DNA of 64,000 nucleotides, taken from a bacterium (GTDB taxonomy: Bacteria > SAR324 > NAC60-12). The translations under genes and the position numbers were made by a program. The stretch is taken from the NCBI GenBank assembly GCA_965233585.1, contig CBDDTI010000747.1, positions 864,001 through 928,000 of the forward strand. Direction: 5' to 3'. Below the pieces are notes generated by a model that had not been told where the DNA came from, ran no database searches, and saw only the letters and a program-made list of their open reading frames with translations. Positions 28,106-37,571 of the stretch are shown here, piece by piece (within the stretch, counting starts at the first letter, position 1; each line of letters opens with the position of its first letter).

Positions 28106-29449
28106 TTAAAACGTTGCCAATGGTCTTGGCATTTCTTGTGCTTCAAGCGAGTACTTTTTTGTCCCTGTGATTTTGACACGAACGAGGTCTCCAAGTTTGG
28201 CTTGACTGTTTTGAATGACCACAGAGAGATTTTCTCTTGACTTGCCAGACCTTGAACGTACATCTTTAGGGTGGCTTCCTTCTACCAACACTTCTTGTTC
28301 TTTGCCTTGTAATTCTTGCTGAATTTCTTCAACAATTTGCTCTTGAACTTCCAACAAAGTTCGCAAACGTTCCACCTTCACAGAGTCTTCAAGTTGTCCG
28401 TCATATTTTTCTGCAGGAGTCCCCGGTCGTATGGAGTATTTAAACGCATAAATTTGATTAAAACGGATTTTTTGAATGGCATAAAGAGTCTGTTCAAAAT
28501 CTTCATCTGTTTCACCGGGGAAACCAACAATCAAATCGGTAGAAAGTCCTGCATGGGGAATCTTTGAACGTAGCAAATCCACCTTCTCAAGAAACTGTTC
28601 CAAAGTGTAACGTCTCTTCATTCGCTTCAAAATACGGTCAGAACCTGCTTGCAAGGGTAGGTGCATGTGTTCACAGACAGAAGGGAAGTCACGCAACGCA
28701 TCTGCCAATTCAGCATGAAAGTCTTTTGGGTGTGGGGAAGTAAAGCGAATGCGTTGGATTCCCTCTATTTGGTCTAACTGTCTTAATAGTTCCACAAAAT
28801 TCACTCCTTTTGTACGATAAGAGTTGACATTTTGCCCTAATAAACAAATTTCTTTGACACCTTTATCTGCCAACTTGGTAGCTTCTTCAATAATGTTTTC
28901 AGGTTCGCGACTGACTTCCAAACCTCTGGTTGTTGGCACAATACAAAAGGTACAAAAATTGTTACAACCTTTGGTGATAGAAATGTAGGATTTGATGCGA
29001 GATTCAGGCAGATTGAAGGCAAAATCTGGAATGTAATTGCGTACCTTTTGACGGTAAGCAACACGTTGGGTTTGCACAACACGTCTGCCTTGTTTGGCTT
29101 GTTGCAACATGTCTGGCAGGTCAAAGAGATTGTCTGTGCCAAACACAAAGTTCACGTTGGGGTCTCGCCTCAAAATAGCTTGCCCTTCTTGTTGAGCAAC
29201 GCACCCCCCTACTCCGATTAATAAATCTGGGTTTTTGACTTTGAGAGGACGGAACCTTCCTAACTGCGAATAGACCTTTTGTTCTGCTTTTTCACGCACT
29301 GAACAGGTATTGAGTATGATGAGGTCTGCGTAGTCAGGAGAATCAACATAGGTGTAGTTTTCTTCATTTAAGACTCGCAACATCTTTTCAGAGTCATACT
29401 CATTCATCTGACAACCAAAAGTTTGAATGTTTACTTTTTTATCTTGCAT
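28106..29449 (-). CDS. miaB: tRNA-2-methylthio-N6-dimethylallyladenosine synthase MiaB
   Basis: TFGCQMNEYDSE, NTCSVREKAE, GCVAQ, CNNFCTFC, TSPHP, C-terminal TRAM domain. Confidence 0.96.
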   Translation of the reverse strand: MQDKKVNIQTFGCQMNEYDSEKMLRVLNEENYTYVDSPDYADLIILNTCSVREKAEQKVYSQLGRFRPLKVKNPDLLIGVGGCVAQQEGQAILRRDPNVNFVFGTDNLFDLPDMLQQAKQGRRVVQTQRVAYRQKVRNYIPDFAFNLPESRIKSYISITKGCNNFCTFCIVPTTRGLEVSREPENIIEEATKLADKGVKEICLLGQNVNSYRTKGVNFVELLRQLDQIEGIQRIRFTSPHPKDFHAELADALRDFPSVCEHMHLPLQAGSDRILKRMKRRYTLEQFLEKVDLLRSKIPHAGLSTDLIVGFPGETDEDFEQTLYAIQKIRFNQIYAFKYSIRPGTPAEKYDGQLEDSVKVERLRTLLEVQEQIVEEIQQELQGKEQEVLVEGSHPKDVRSRSGKSRENLSVVIQNSQAKLGDLVRVKITGTKKYSLEAQEMPRPLATF

Positions 29450-29543
29450 CAGCTTTTCTTATTTAAATTTGGGAAATCTCTGGCTTTTCAGTATATCATA
29501 CCTGTTTCTTCACTTTCACCACCCACAAAAAACATTCTCAAAA

Positions 29544-30695
29544 ATGCCCATTCGTCTAGTGATTTCATTTGTTCTGTTTTCTTTTTCTATTGGAATCATG
29601 GCAGTATTTACACCATTTTTTGCTCCGCTATGGATGGAGAAACAAGGCATCACACCTGAAAAGTGGGGGTTGATTGCTTCGGCTGCCATGATTGGTAAAA
29701 TGATTTTTGTTGTGTTTATTTGTGAATTGAGCGACAGGCGTGGTTCTCGTAAACCCTTCATCGTCCTAAGTTCAGGTCTTGCAGCTTTGCTAATGCTTGG
29801 ATTGTATGAGGTCAATCAAATTTTTACAATAGGCATCATTTGGTTTGCTGTTTTTCTATTGATGGGTAGTTTAGTTCCACTTTCTGACGCTCTTTTGCTC
29901 ACTTCGCTCAAGCATGACAGCAAGGCTTCGTACAATGTTGTGCGTTCCTGCATGTCTTTGTCGTATCTGGTTTTTGCCTTTGTTGGTGGTTGGATATTGG
30001 AGGAACATGGACTGGACAAATGGCCTATTCTGGCATCGGTAAGTATGTTGTTGGTCTTTGTCTGTGCGTTGCTGATTCCAAATTTTTTGACACCTGTTGC
30101 AAGGGGTTCCAAATCTCCCACGTTAGCCACCTTAAAACTGCCATGGATCAAACCCTTCATTTCAGTTGCCGCTTTGATTTGGGCATCGCATGTGGGCTTG
30201 ACGGTCTTTGCCCCTATCTTTTGGAAGTCATTGGGATTTCAAGAAGGGGATTTTGGGTTGCTTTTAGCGGCAGGGATTATTCCCGAAATCATCATTTTTT
30301 TCATTTATCGACGTTTTGCATCAAAAATCAGACCTACGTTGGCTTTGGTGGCTTCTGCCATTTTTTCTGCACTGCGTTGGGTTTTAACAGCACATGCCAC
30401 CTCACTTGAAGAGATGGCACTCATTCAAACTTTGCACGGTTTTACCTTTGCAGTGACTCATGCGGCAGTGATTGAATTTTTAAGAATTAACGTTCCCCAA
30501 GAATTGAGGTCTTCAGGGCAAGCTGTTTATGATGTGATTGCAGTCACAGCCGCACCTGCTATCGCAGCAACTTTTATTGGACTCGTCTATCAACATTCTG
30601 CTCAATATGCTTTTTACACAACTGCTGTGATTGCACTGCTTGCCTTGATTCCTTCCATTTATATCCTGACTTTTAAATCGCATTATGGGACTTAA
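29544..30695 (+). CDS. MFS transporter (HcaT/MFS_1_like)
   Basis: About 12 hydrophobic segments, LSDRRGSRK, LRW, QTLHGFTFA. Likely ATG at 29544, which avoids overlap with miaB. Confidence 0.85.
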   Translation: MPIRLVISFVLFSFSIGIMAVFTPFFAPLWMEKQGITPEKWGLIASAAMIGKMIFVVFICELSDRRGSRKPFIVLSSGLAALLMLGLYEVNQIFTIGIIWFAVFLLMGSLVPLSDALLLTSLKHDSKASYNVVRSCMSLSYLVFAFVGGWILEEHGLDKWPILASVSMLLVFVCALLIPNFLTPVARGSKSPTLATLKLPWIKPFISVAALIWASHVGLTVFAPIFWKSLGFQEGDFGLLLAAGIIPEIIIFFIYRRFASKIRPTLALVASAIFSALRWVLTAHATSLEEMALIQTLHGFTFAVTHAAVIEFLRINVPQELRSSGQAVYDVIAVTAAPAIAATFIGLVYQHSAQYAFYTTAVIALLALIPSIYILTFKSHYGT

Positions 30696-31882
30696 AAGCC
30701 AAGCCCTGCCAGAAGTGCATCCACATCATTTTGAGAACTTTTTTGACCCTCTAAATCATCAGGACCTTTCAAAGCAACCTTGTGACCATCAGCAGCTTTA
30801 TCTAAACGGGTAAAAAAGTCACCCTTTGTCATCTCTTTCTCCTCAGCACCAGTACTTTCAACAAATTTCAGATACTGGCGGATTAACTCCAGCAACCTCA
30901 TTTCTAACGATTCCATGAAGTCAATGATTTTTTTCAATGTCTGACCTGCAAGGTCTTGAAAACCCTGATTGGTCATCATCTCTATAAAATAAGTTTCATC
31001 TTCTTGGCAAAAAGTGATGAGTTTCTCGTAGCCTCCTTGTAGTTTGGTCTTGATTTGTTCTTGGACAACACCTAGGGAATCTGCGAGTTGAGGGTGGTCT
31101 TGAATCATTTTTTCAAGGGATTCTGTGATTTGCAAGCATTCTTGTTGTAAGTTTGAGCAAATTTCCATCTTCTCAGAAGTCCTTGCCATAAATTTTTCTA
31201 AATACTCCAAATTTTGGTCTGCCGCACTTTCCAGACGTTCCATCACGATGTTGATTTTTTGTACGGCATCAGGCATTTCTTGGGTGGCAGAGCGGAGTTC
31301 ATCAAACTCATTTTTTTGGGTGAAGTCTTGAAACAAGTTGTAAATATCCCTTGTGATTTTGGCAACTTCACCGATGATGCCTTCACTGCTTTGACTCACG
31401 GCTTGCCTTTGAATTTCACCCAATGCTTCCTCTACCTTGTCAGAATCTTGTTGAAGAATGGCACAAAAAAGAGAATCTGCTTTGTGGATCAAAGGGGTTA
31501 GCTTTTTTGAGGTAGATTCATTGAGATTGTGAGTGAGCTTTTTCATGGATTCTAGGTCAGATTGAACCCGTTTTTTGATGTTGGCAACCTCAAGACAAAC
31601 CTCTTTTTGTTGGGTAGGAGGTAACATGAAGGTTAATTTTTGGGGCTGGATATGAGCCAGTGAAAACTCCAAAGTCAACTTCACCATGTCAAGCAAATGA
31701 AACCGAATGTTCAAAAGATTCAGCTGCTCTTGGTGACATTTTAAAAAATCAGACACCTCCTCTGTTTGGAAATCCTCACACTGGTTCAGCAAGACATTTT
31801 GATATTCTTCAACCCACCTGCTAAATGCAACAAACTCATCAATGAGGTTTGTTTTTTCAATCACAATTTTTTCTAAAGACAT
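30692..31882 (-). CDS. cheZ: CheZ-family phosphatase with a long N-terminal extension
   Basis: QGFQDLAGQTLKKII (D..Q catalytic motif) and C-terminal SQNDVDALLAGLGF CheY-binding peptide. Confidence 0.82.
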   Translation of the reverse strand: MSLEKIVIEKTNLIDEFVAFSRWVEEYQNVLLNQCEDFQTEEVSDFLKCHQEQLNLLNIRFHLLDMVKLTLEFSLAHIQPQKLTFMLPPTQQKEVCLEVANIKKRVQSDLESMKKLTHNLNESTSKKLTPLIHKADSLFCAILQQDSDKVEEALGEIQRQAVSQSSEGIIGEVAKITRDIYNLFQDFTQKNEFDELRSATQEMPDAVQKINIVMERLESAADQNLEYLEKFMARTSEKMEICSNLQQECLQITESLEKMIQDHPQLADSLGVVQEQIKTKLQGGYEKLITFCQEDETYFIEMMTNQGFQDLAGQTLKKIIDFMESLEMRLLELIRQYLKFVESTGAEEKEMTKGDFFTRLDKAADGHKVALKGPDDLEGQKSSQNDVDALLAGLGF

Positions 31883-31989
31883 TCCATCTCCTCAGATATT
31901 TTATTACTCAAGTTTTTCTCATAAAATCCGATACTTTCAACAAGTATCCGCTGTTTGGATACCATCTTACCACCTTATCAGGAGTTTTT

Positions 31990-32169
31990 ATGAATATTGA
32001 CACACAAGAACTTTCTGCAAACACTCATGCTGATTACCTTGATACTCGTGTAGATCAAGCTGTGCAATCATTCTGGGAGAGTGCAGAACTTTTGTTGAAT
32101 GCAGAAGAGTTGGAATACAATTTGTCTTGTTCTCATGGCAAACTGTTAGATGTGAGGCAACTTAACTGA
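31990..32169 (+). CDS. Small acidic hypothetical protein (59 aa)
   Basis: AGGAG 5 nt upstream of ATG 31990. Fills the intergenic gap and is followed by a hairpin at 32192-32226. Confidence 0.5.
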   Translation: MNIDTQELSANTHADYLDTRVDQAVQSFWESAELLLNAEELEYNLSCSHGKLLDVRQLN

Positions 32170-32390
32170 TATTTCACACGATGCTTCATCATGGCGGGTT
32201 TTGAGGTTAAACTTCAAAACCTACCACCTTCCCTAAACTCTTAGGCTACCCCTTCATCTCTCTCATATCCTGATTTTTTGACTCCTTCCTAAAAATTCCA
32301 TACCAGATTGGAATTGATGACATGACCAATCTATCAAGGCTAGTCTTAAAAGAGGGAACAATCATTGCAAAATATCATGTTTGGCTCAAT

Positions 32391-32420
32391 TTGGATATAC
32401 TCAATTTCTTTGAGTATAAT
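32391..32420 (+). promoter_or_regulatory. Sigma70-like promoter overlapped by a 9-5-9 palindrome
   Basis: TTGGAT-N18-TATAAT, with TATACTCAA-tttct-TTGAGTATA at 32396-32418. Confidence 0.5.
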
Positions 32421-32463
32421 AACACCTGCCTATGGCTTCAAAGTGTTATGAGCTTAGAATGGA

Positions 32464-35214
32464 TTGATTAAACCTAGTTTAGACAATATGCAACTTGCCT
32501 CTATATTGAAAAAACATACCTCCATACCTAGAGAAAGCAGAATAGAGTTGATCAATTCTTTTAGGGAAGGGCAACAAAACTTTGAAACCATCAACAACGC
32601 CCGAATGGACATTGCCTTTACTTCATTTTCCCAAGAAATGAAGTATGCCTTGTTTGAGACACTCTTTTTTTTACATGTCAACGATGAACAATTCAGCCAA
32701 TGGAAATACAAAGCCACCCATATTGAAAGGGTACAAGGCTCAGTTCGCACGACTTCCAGAGCCACTGAAACCAGTTTATATTTACAGGATTGCCCTGCAG
32801 GGATCAACGGAATTTCAGAAATGCCAGAGATTTTTCAAGATGAGTTTTTAGCATACTGTCAAAGCGTGTTCAAAGTAGTCCCTAGTGACTTTGAGTATGT
32901 AGATGCCATGCCTTTTCAAAGTATTTCTTCTCTTGGTTCAGTCGGGACAGTAGGACACAAGACAGAAAAATCAGACCTAGATTTACAAATCCTCTATGAT
33001 TTATCTCCTTTTCAGTATGATTTAGATGAATGGGATAATCACGAGTTGCGTCAAGCCATTCAAGGAGAAATAGAGGAAGAAGTTCGCCATTTGTGTGCCA
33101 AAAAAAATATCCTCTACAAAGTTTTAAAAAAGAATAAAAAAACCTACGAAAAGCTGAAAAGTCAGAGCGTCTTAGTGATTGCCAAAAAATATCCCTATTG
33201 CTACCAGTATCTCATTCAAAATAAGCCTGTCTTTCAAAACCAAAACGCTCAAACAATTAGAAAGCTGTATAATTTTTTGGGATTGGAGTTAATGCAACTC
33301 ATCACGATTGCCTATCAACGCAAGTATGCCAAGGTGTTAGCCCAACAAGAACAGCTGATCAAAAAGCGGCTGGCAATGATTCAAGAATATATCCAAAACA
33401 AATTTCCAACAGCAGAGATTTATTTGTTTGCATGTAGCTGTGAATCCTTTCGTCAAGGGCAACACGGCACAACACTAGAATCTAAGGAAGCATCAGGTTC
33501 TGCATACGAGCTGATTTTAAATTATGAGGTCTTGGTGCCCGGTATTCAGTTTTCGCCAAACCTCCCCTTACATTTTCTAATCTCCAAAAAATTTAACAAC
33601 TCAGACACATTCTACCAAAGAATTGTTGACTATCTTCGTTTTTCTTGCGTTCGTATTGACGACAAGCTCACACACCGCCTAGTAGATACGGGGGCAACTC
33701 CAACCTTAAAACTCAATTACGTCCTGAGTCATGTAGGTGCAGTGTATTGGGAGTCTTTTAAGGCATCATCAGGAAATCTACCCAAAGCACTACTCAATTT
33801 GCTCAGGATAGAGTCTTTGCATGACTCCAAGTATCTTTACACTGTCATTGAATTTACGAAATACCCTGAACTTTTTGAAAAATTGATTCAAGAAACAGGG
33901 CTTGATTTTCCCCATGCCAACTCCAACTATAGCCACGGCATCTCATTACAAAGATTATTAAAAATAGAGCAATTCTTGCCAGCTTTGAGGTTTGACCCAT
34001 GGTGGATTAAATTCAAAATACTCAAAGTCTTTTATAACGACCCCAACGTTCAGATTGACAACTCTGAACGGCGCCTAGTTTATCGCACGATTGATTTATG
34101 TATGGCATTGCATGTTCAGCTTTCTGATGCGTTTCATCTGAAAGCTGCCTTCACTTATCGGGAGAAGTTTTTAAAAATCTTTCTCCAAGAAGCATTCCCT
34201 GAAGGTTCGTCTCCCCGACAGACCTTTGACCTTTTAGCCAGAGGAGACATTCAAACAATCAATCTTTTTGAAAAAGAACTGCATTCTATCTTTGCAAATT
34301 GCATGGACCGCATCCACCGCTGGATTGCGATTTATGACATTCCAGATGGCAGTAATCAAGAAGAATTTGAAATTTGGTTTCATTATTATCAAAAAAATTT
34401 TGAAACGTCTGAGAAGGAAGTCAAAAGGAATATCCTCTCTCATCTCCGCGTTCCCCGTGAAAAAATTAGAGTCCACTATGAAAATACTAGAAGGCGGGGG
34501 AATTGGGTGTTTTATGCAACTTCTCTGACTCAAAACCTTCCAAAACAACAAAAAAAACAGCAAGACTACATTCCGCATGAAATTGACCTCACTTACAGCA
34601 TGAGCTTTCTCAAAGGCTTAGCTTACTGCATTGTCAATGGATACTACGGCGTTGTTTATTCTGGCTCTTTAAAGGAAAGTGTCACCAAGTTTGAGATTAA
34701 TTTGGGGTCTATCAATTTACCAGATATGATTGACAACAACTGGTCTCGCATTGACTCTGACGTAGCCGAAAGGCTTGTCCAGTCTATCTCCGACTTCTTT
34801 CCTTATCGTAAAATTCACTACATGGACTGTATTAAAGGAAACTATCAAATCACTAACATTTTTTTCTGTCTCAATTTGTTTAAATTTGGCAGAATTTCTA
34901 TGCTGTACAGGGATTCACTCCAACGTTGGTCTATTGAAGAATATGACCATGAAAATATTGCCATGAATGCACAAGAATATTACGACAGCCCCTACGATTT
35001 ACTGGCTCATAAAGACTTAACAAGTACCATTCAGGGGTTTGCACTAGAGCATCAGATTTCCCTAAAAGACAAAAAAGTGAAGTTCAAATTTTGGTACAAT
35101 CCCCAAAGCACCAAACACGTCCAATCCCTACCTATCAAAGAAAGAGAAGGGTCTTTAGCCTATCATTTAGAAGAAGCGGTCTTAACTATTATTGACAAAC
35201 TTGAAAATGCCTGA
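32464..35214 (+). CDS. cyaA: Class I adenylate cyclase-like nucleotidyltransferase
   Basis: INNARM...LHVN, SLGSVGTVGH....SDLDL (cf. MGS.SS.GQ...SDLD), FRQG...EASGSA, W..FKA....KALL.LL.IE. Alternative ATG at 32488. Confidence 0.7.
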   Translation: MIKPSLDNMQLASILKKHTSIPRESRIELINSFREGQQNFETINNARMDIAFTSFSQEMKYALFETLFFLHVNDEQFSQWKYKATHIERVQGSVRTTSRATETSLYLQDCPAGINGISEMPEIFQDEFLAYCQSVFKVVPSDFEYVDAMPFQSISSLGSVGTVGHKTEKSDLDLQILYDLSPFQYDLDEWDNHELRQAIQGEIEEEVRHLCAKKNILYKVLKKNKKTYEKLKSQSVLVIAKKYPYCYQYLIQNKPVFQNQNAQTIRKLYNFLGLELMQLITIAYQRKYAKVLAQQEQLIKKRLAMIQEYIQNKFPTAEIYLFACSCESFRQGQHGTTLESKEASGSAYELILNYEVLVPGIQFSPNLPLHFLISKKFNNSDTFYQRIVDYLRFSCVRIDDKLTHRLVDTGATPTLKLNYVLSHVGAVYWESFKASSGNLPKALLNLLRIESLHDSKYLYTVIEFTKYPELFEKLIQETGLDFPHANSNYSHGISLQRLLKIEQFLPALRFDPWWIKFKILKVFYNDPNVQIDNSERRLVYRTIDLCMALHVQLSDAFHLKAAFTYREKFLKIFLQEAFPEGSSPRQTFDLLARGDIQTINLFEKELHSIFANCMDRIHRWIAIYDIPDGSNQEEFEIWFHYYQKNFETSEKEVKRNILSHLRVPREKIRVHYENTRRRGNWVFYATSLTQNLPKQQKKQQDYIPHEIDLTYSMSFLKGLAYCIVNGYYGVVYSGSLKESVTKFEINLGSINLPDMIDNNWSRIDSDVAERLVQSISDFFPYRKIHYMDCIKGNYQITNIFFCLNLFKFGRISMLYRDSLQRWSIEEYDHENIAMNAQEYYDSPYDLLAHKDLTSTIQGFALEHQISLKDKKVKFKFWYNPQSTKHVQSLPIKEREGSLAYHLEEAVLTIIDKLENA

Positions 35215-36745
35215 CTCTCAAGAACACATTGCCAAAATTCGCAAAGAACTTGGTCTTTTTTTTCAGAAGGTGAAAGAACGTTATGGTCTTGTCATTAGTG
35301 CATACGACTACCAATATCTTGAAAAAAGCAACTATGACCAGTCAAAAATCAATGGCATTTGTCGTAAGTATGAGCTGGCAACAGAGTTTTTGGCAAAGTA
35401 TGATTCATCAAATGTCAGGCAAACGATTAAAGAGTTGCTCAATCGTCCTGTCCAGTCTAGCATTCCCGTTTTCAGCCGTCTGTCTGCTTTGTTTGATGTG
35501 TATCAAGCAGGCTGGCTGAACCAAGAGCAGTTTAATAAACTCCATTTTCACATCATCAACAACGTCACAGCCTACAATGCCTTTCATAATTTAAAACATG
35601 AGATTGAAGAAGAAAATTTGCCACGTCACAGCTTTTCTGAATACTTAGACAGCGGGCTATTTGAACAAGGAGTTTACACTCTCTACAAAAGCACCAATGA
35701 CCAACTTCAAGAACTCTGCCAGAAAATCAAAGACAAAGTCCAATCTCAATACCAACTCCCTTTCTCTGAAAAAGATGAAGACTTTGTCCTCAATAACAGA
35801 ATGAGAAATGAACATGTGATTCATCAAATTGTCATACCCAAATACCGAGAAGCCCACCATATCCAAACGATTTTAGGTCAAGATTATCTGACAGACCAAA
35901 TTCATCATCTGCTTCATCTGCCTTTCAATGAAGGACTTCCTATTTTGAAAAGAATCACTGCCCTTGCTCAGTGGACAGACCAAGGCTATTTGAGCATTTT
36001 GCTCACACAGTTCTACCATGAATCCTACCTCCATGACATGGACGCCTTAGAAGATTTATTTGTCTTTTTAGAGATGTTAAGCGAGCAAATTAGCCAGCAA
36101 AGAGCCATTCATTACCTAGAAATGGGATTGTATCAAACATTTAACAAAGAGTTTTTTGAGGATTTTTTGCAGATGGAACACATCTTTTATGACGCACAAG
36201 ACCACCTCAGAGACAGCATTACAGAATATGTCAACATCCTCAAAACATCAGGAAATAACAAACTTTTAATTACAAATGCAAGACTTTCCAGTTGCTTCTT
36301 TAAATTTAGAAAATGTGTTCAGTCACTCAATGAAAATATAGAAATCCCTCATATCCAACGTTTTGAAAAAAAACTTTCTCAATACCTGACAGAATTTACA
36401 GCATACTACGACCGATATTATTCCAAAAATCTATCACTCCCCACACAAAAACCCTATGGAGCAATCAATCTCATCAGTAGTTTTATTAAAATCTACACAT
36501 CTATTGAGAATGAATCTCTTCTTAAAAATAGTATTTTCTTAGCAAAGCAATTTCAAAAAATTCTGGCAAAAGACTACACCAAATCTGATTACAAAGAAAT
36601 GTTTATGAAGCGGTATCAAGAACGTTTAAGATACGTCCAGATTGCAGTGCAGTCCCCTGCCAATTCCCCCAAAGCTATTGCCAAGTTAATTCCCCTAGAC
36701 TCCAGCCCTTCATACACTCTTGCTAAATTCTTGAAGAAGAAATAA
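35207..36745 (+). CDS. Hypothetical helical protein, translationally coupled to the cyclase gene
   Basis: Long ORF. ATG 35207 overlaps the end of the upstream gene. No motif recognised. Confidence 0.7.
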   Translation: MPDSQEHIAKIRKELGLFFQKVKERYGLVISAYDYQYLEKSNYDQSKINGICRKYELATEFLAKYDSSNVRQTIKELLNRPVQSSIPVFSRLSALFDVYQAGWLNQEQFNKLHFHIINNVTAYNAFHNLKHEIEEENLPRHSFSEYLDSGLFEQGVYTLYKSTNDQLQELCQKIKDKVQSQYQLPFSEKDEDFVLNNRMRNEHVIHQIVIPKYREAHHIQTILGQDYLTDQIHHLLHLPFNEGLPILKRITALAQWTDQGYLSILLTQFYHESYLHDMDALEDLFVFLEMLSEQISQQRAIHYLEMGLYQTFNKEFFEDFLQMEHIFYDAQDHLRDSITEYVNILKTSGNNKLLITNARLSSCFFKFRKCVQSLNENIEIPHIQRFEKKLSQYLTEFTAYYDRYYSKNLSLPTQKPYGAINLISSFIKIYTSIENESLLKNSIFLAKQFQKILAKDYTKSDYKEMFMKRYQERLRYVQIAVQSPANSPKAIAKLIPLDSSPSYTLAKFLKKK

Positions 36746-37352
36746 CCTCCACGAATTCCTCTAGCAAAGCATGGTCTTTGACCCCTTTAGACGACTCTAC
36801 TCCTCCGCAAACATCTACGGCAAAAGGTCTCACTTCTCGCATCGCATCTCTTACATTTTTAGGATTTAATCCCCCTGCTAAAAAGATTTTTTTAAATGAC
36901 GTCAGCTTTTTGGCAAGATTCCAATCTGCTTGTTGCCCTGTCCCCCCATACAATCCTTGAACCACTCCATCTAGCAAAAGATAATCCCCCCGATAGCACG
37001 TCACATCTTCTATTTGTGTGTTAGGAAAAGACCTTACAGCCTTAAACGCCTTCACATTCAATGCTTGTAAATCTTCTGCTGTCTCATCACCGTGCAGTTG
37101 AGCATACTGCAAACCAGTCTCTTGAAGAATCTGTTCTACCTCATCGTTTGACGTGTTCACAAACACTCCAACAGTTTTGACAGAATCGTCAACTCCTTTC
37201 AGTAATTCCTTAATTTGAGAAGGAGTCACATAACGAGGAGACTTTTGATAGCAGTTAAACCCAAGCCATTCTACTTGAAGCTGTAGGCACTTTTTCACAT
37301 CCTCATGCCTTGTTAATCCACAAATTTTAATCTGCATGTTTTGGTCATTCAA
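36723..37352 (-). CDS. trpF: Phosphoribosylanthranilate isomerase
   Basis: IKICGLT, SPRYV, VGVFVN, QLHGDE, GGTG, FLAGGLNP, GVESSKGVKD. Confidence 0.95.
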   Translation of the reverse strand: MNDQNMQIKICGLTRHEDVKKCLQLQVEWLGFNCYQKSPRYVTPSQIKELLKGVDDSVKTVGVFVNTSNDEVEQILQETGLQYAQLHGDETAEDLQALNVKAFKAVRSFPNTQIEDVTCYRGDYLLLDGVVQGLYGGTGQQADWNLAKKLTSFKKIFLAGGLNPKNVRDAMREVRPFAVDVCGGVESSKGVKDHALLEEFVEVISSSRI

Positions 37353-37477
37353 TCCAAGTTACAAAATTCCTCAATCTCTCATACTTTTGACAAAAAGTAA
37401 AGTCGTTCTTGTTCAGCTTCTATGAAGTTTAGAACACTCTTTGCAAGACCAAAACAATCATCTTCAATAAAAAATCC

Positions 37478-37566
37478 TTGCATGTATTCTTCATTGTATG
37501 TATAATTTTCTCTTTTTTCATTTTGTCGTAAATTGTCTTTTTTCGTGTTTTAGATTGAGCAGGAGG
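37478..37566 (+). promoter_or_regulatory. Sigma70 promoter and ribosome-binding site of the large lipoprotein gene
   Basis: TTGCAT (37478)-N17-TATAAT (37501), and AGGAGG at 37561-37566. Confidence 0.65.
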
Positions 37567-37571
37567 TTTTG

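Noticed and set aside
28106..29449. miaB as part of a tRNA-themed system with the Cas12
   Set aside because: It lies more than 20 kb away among unrelated housekeeping genes and has a canonical sequence.
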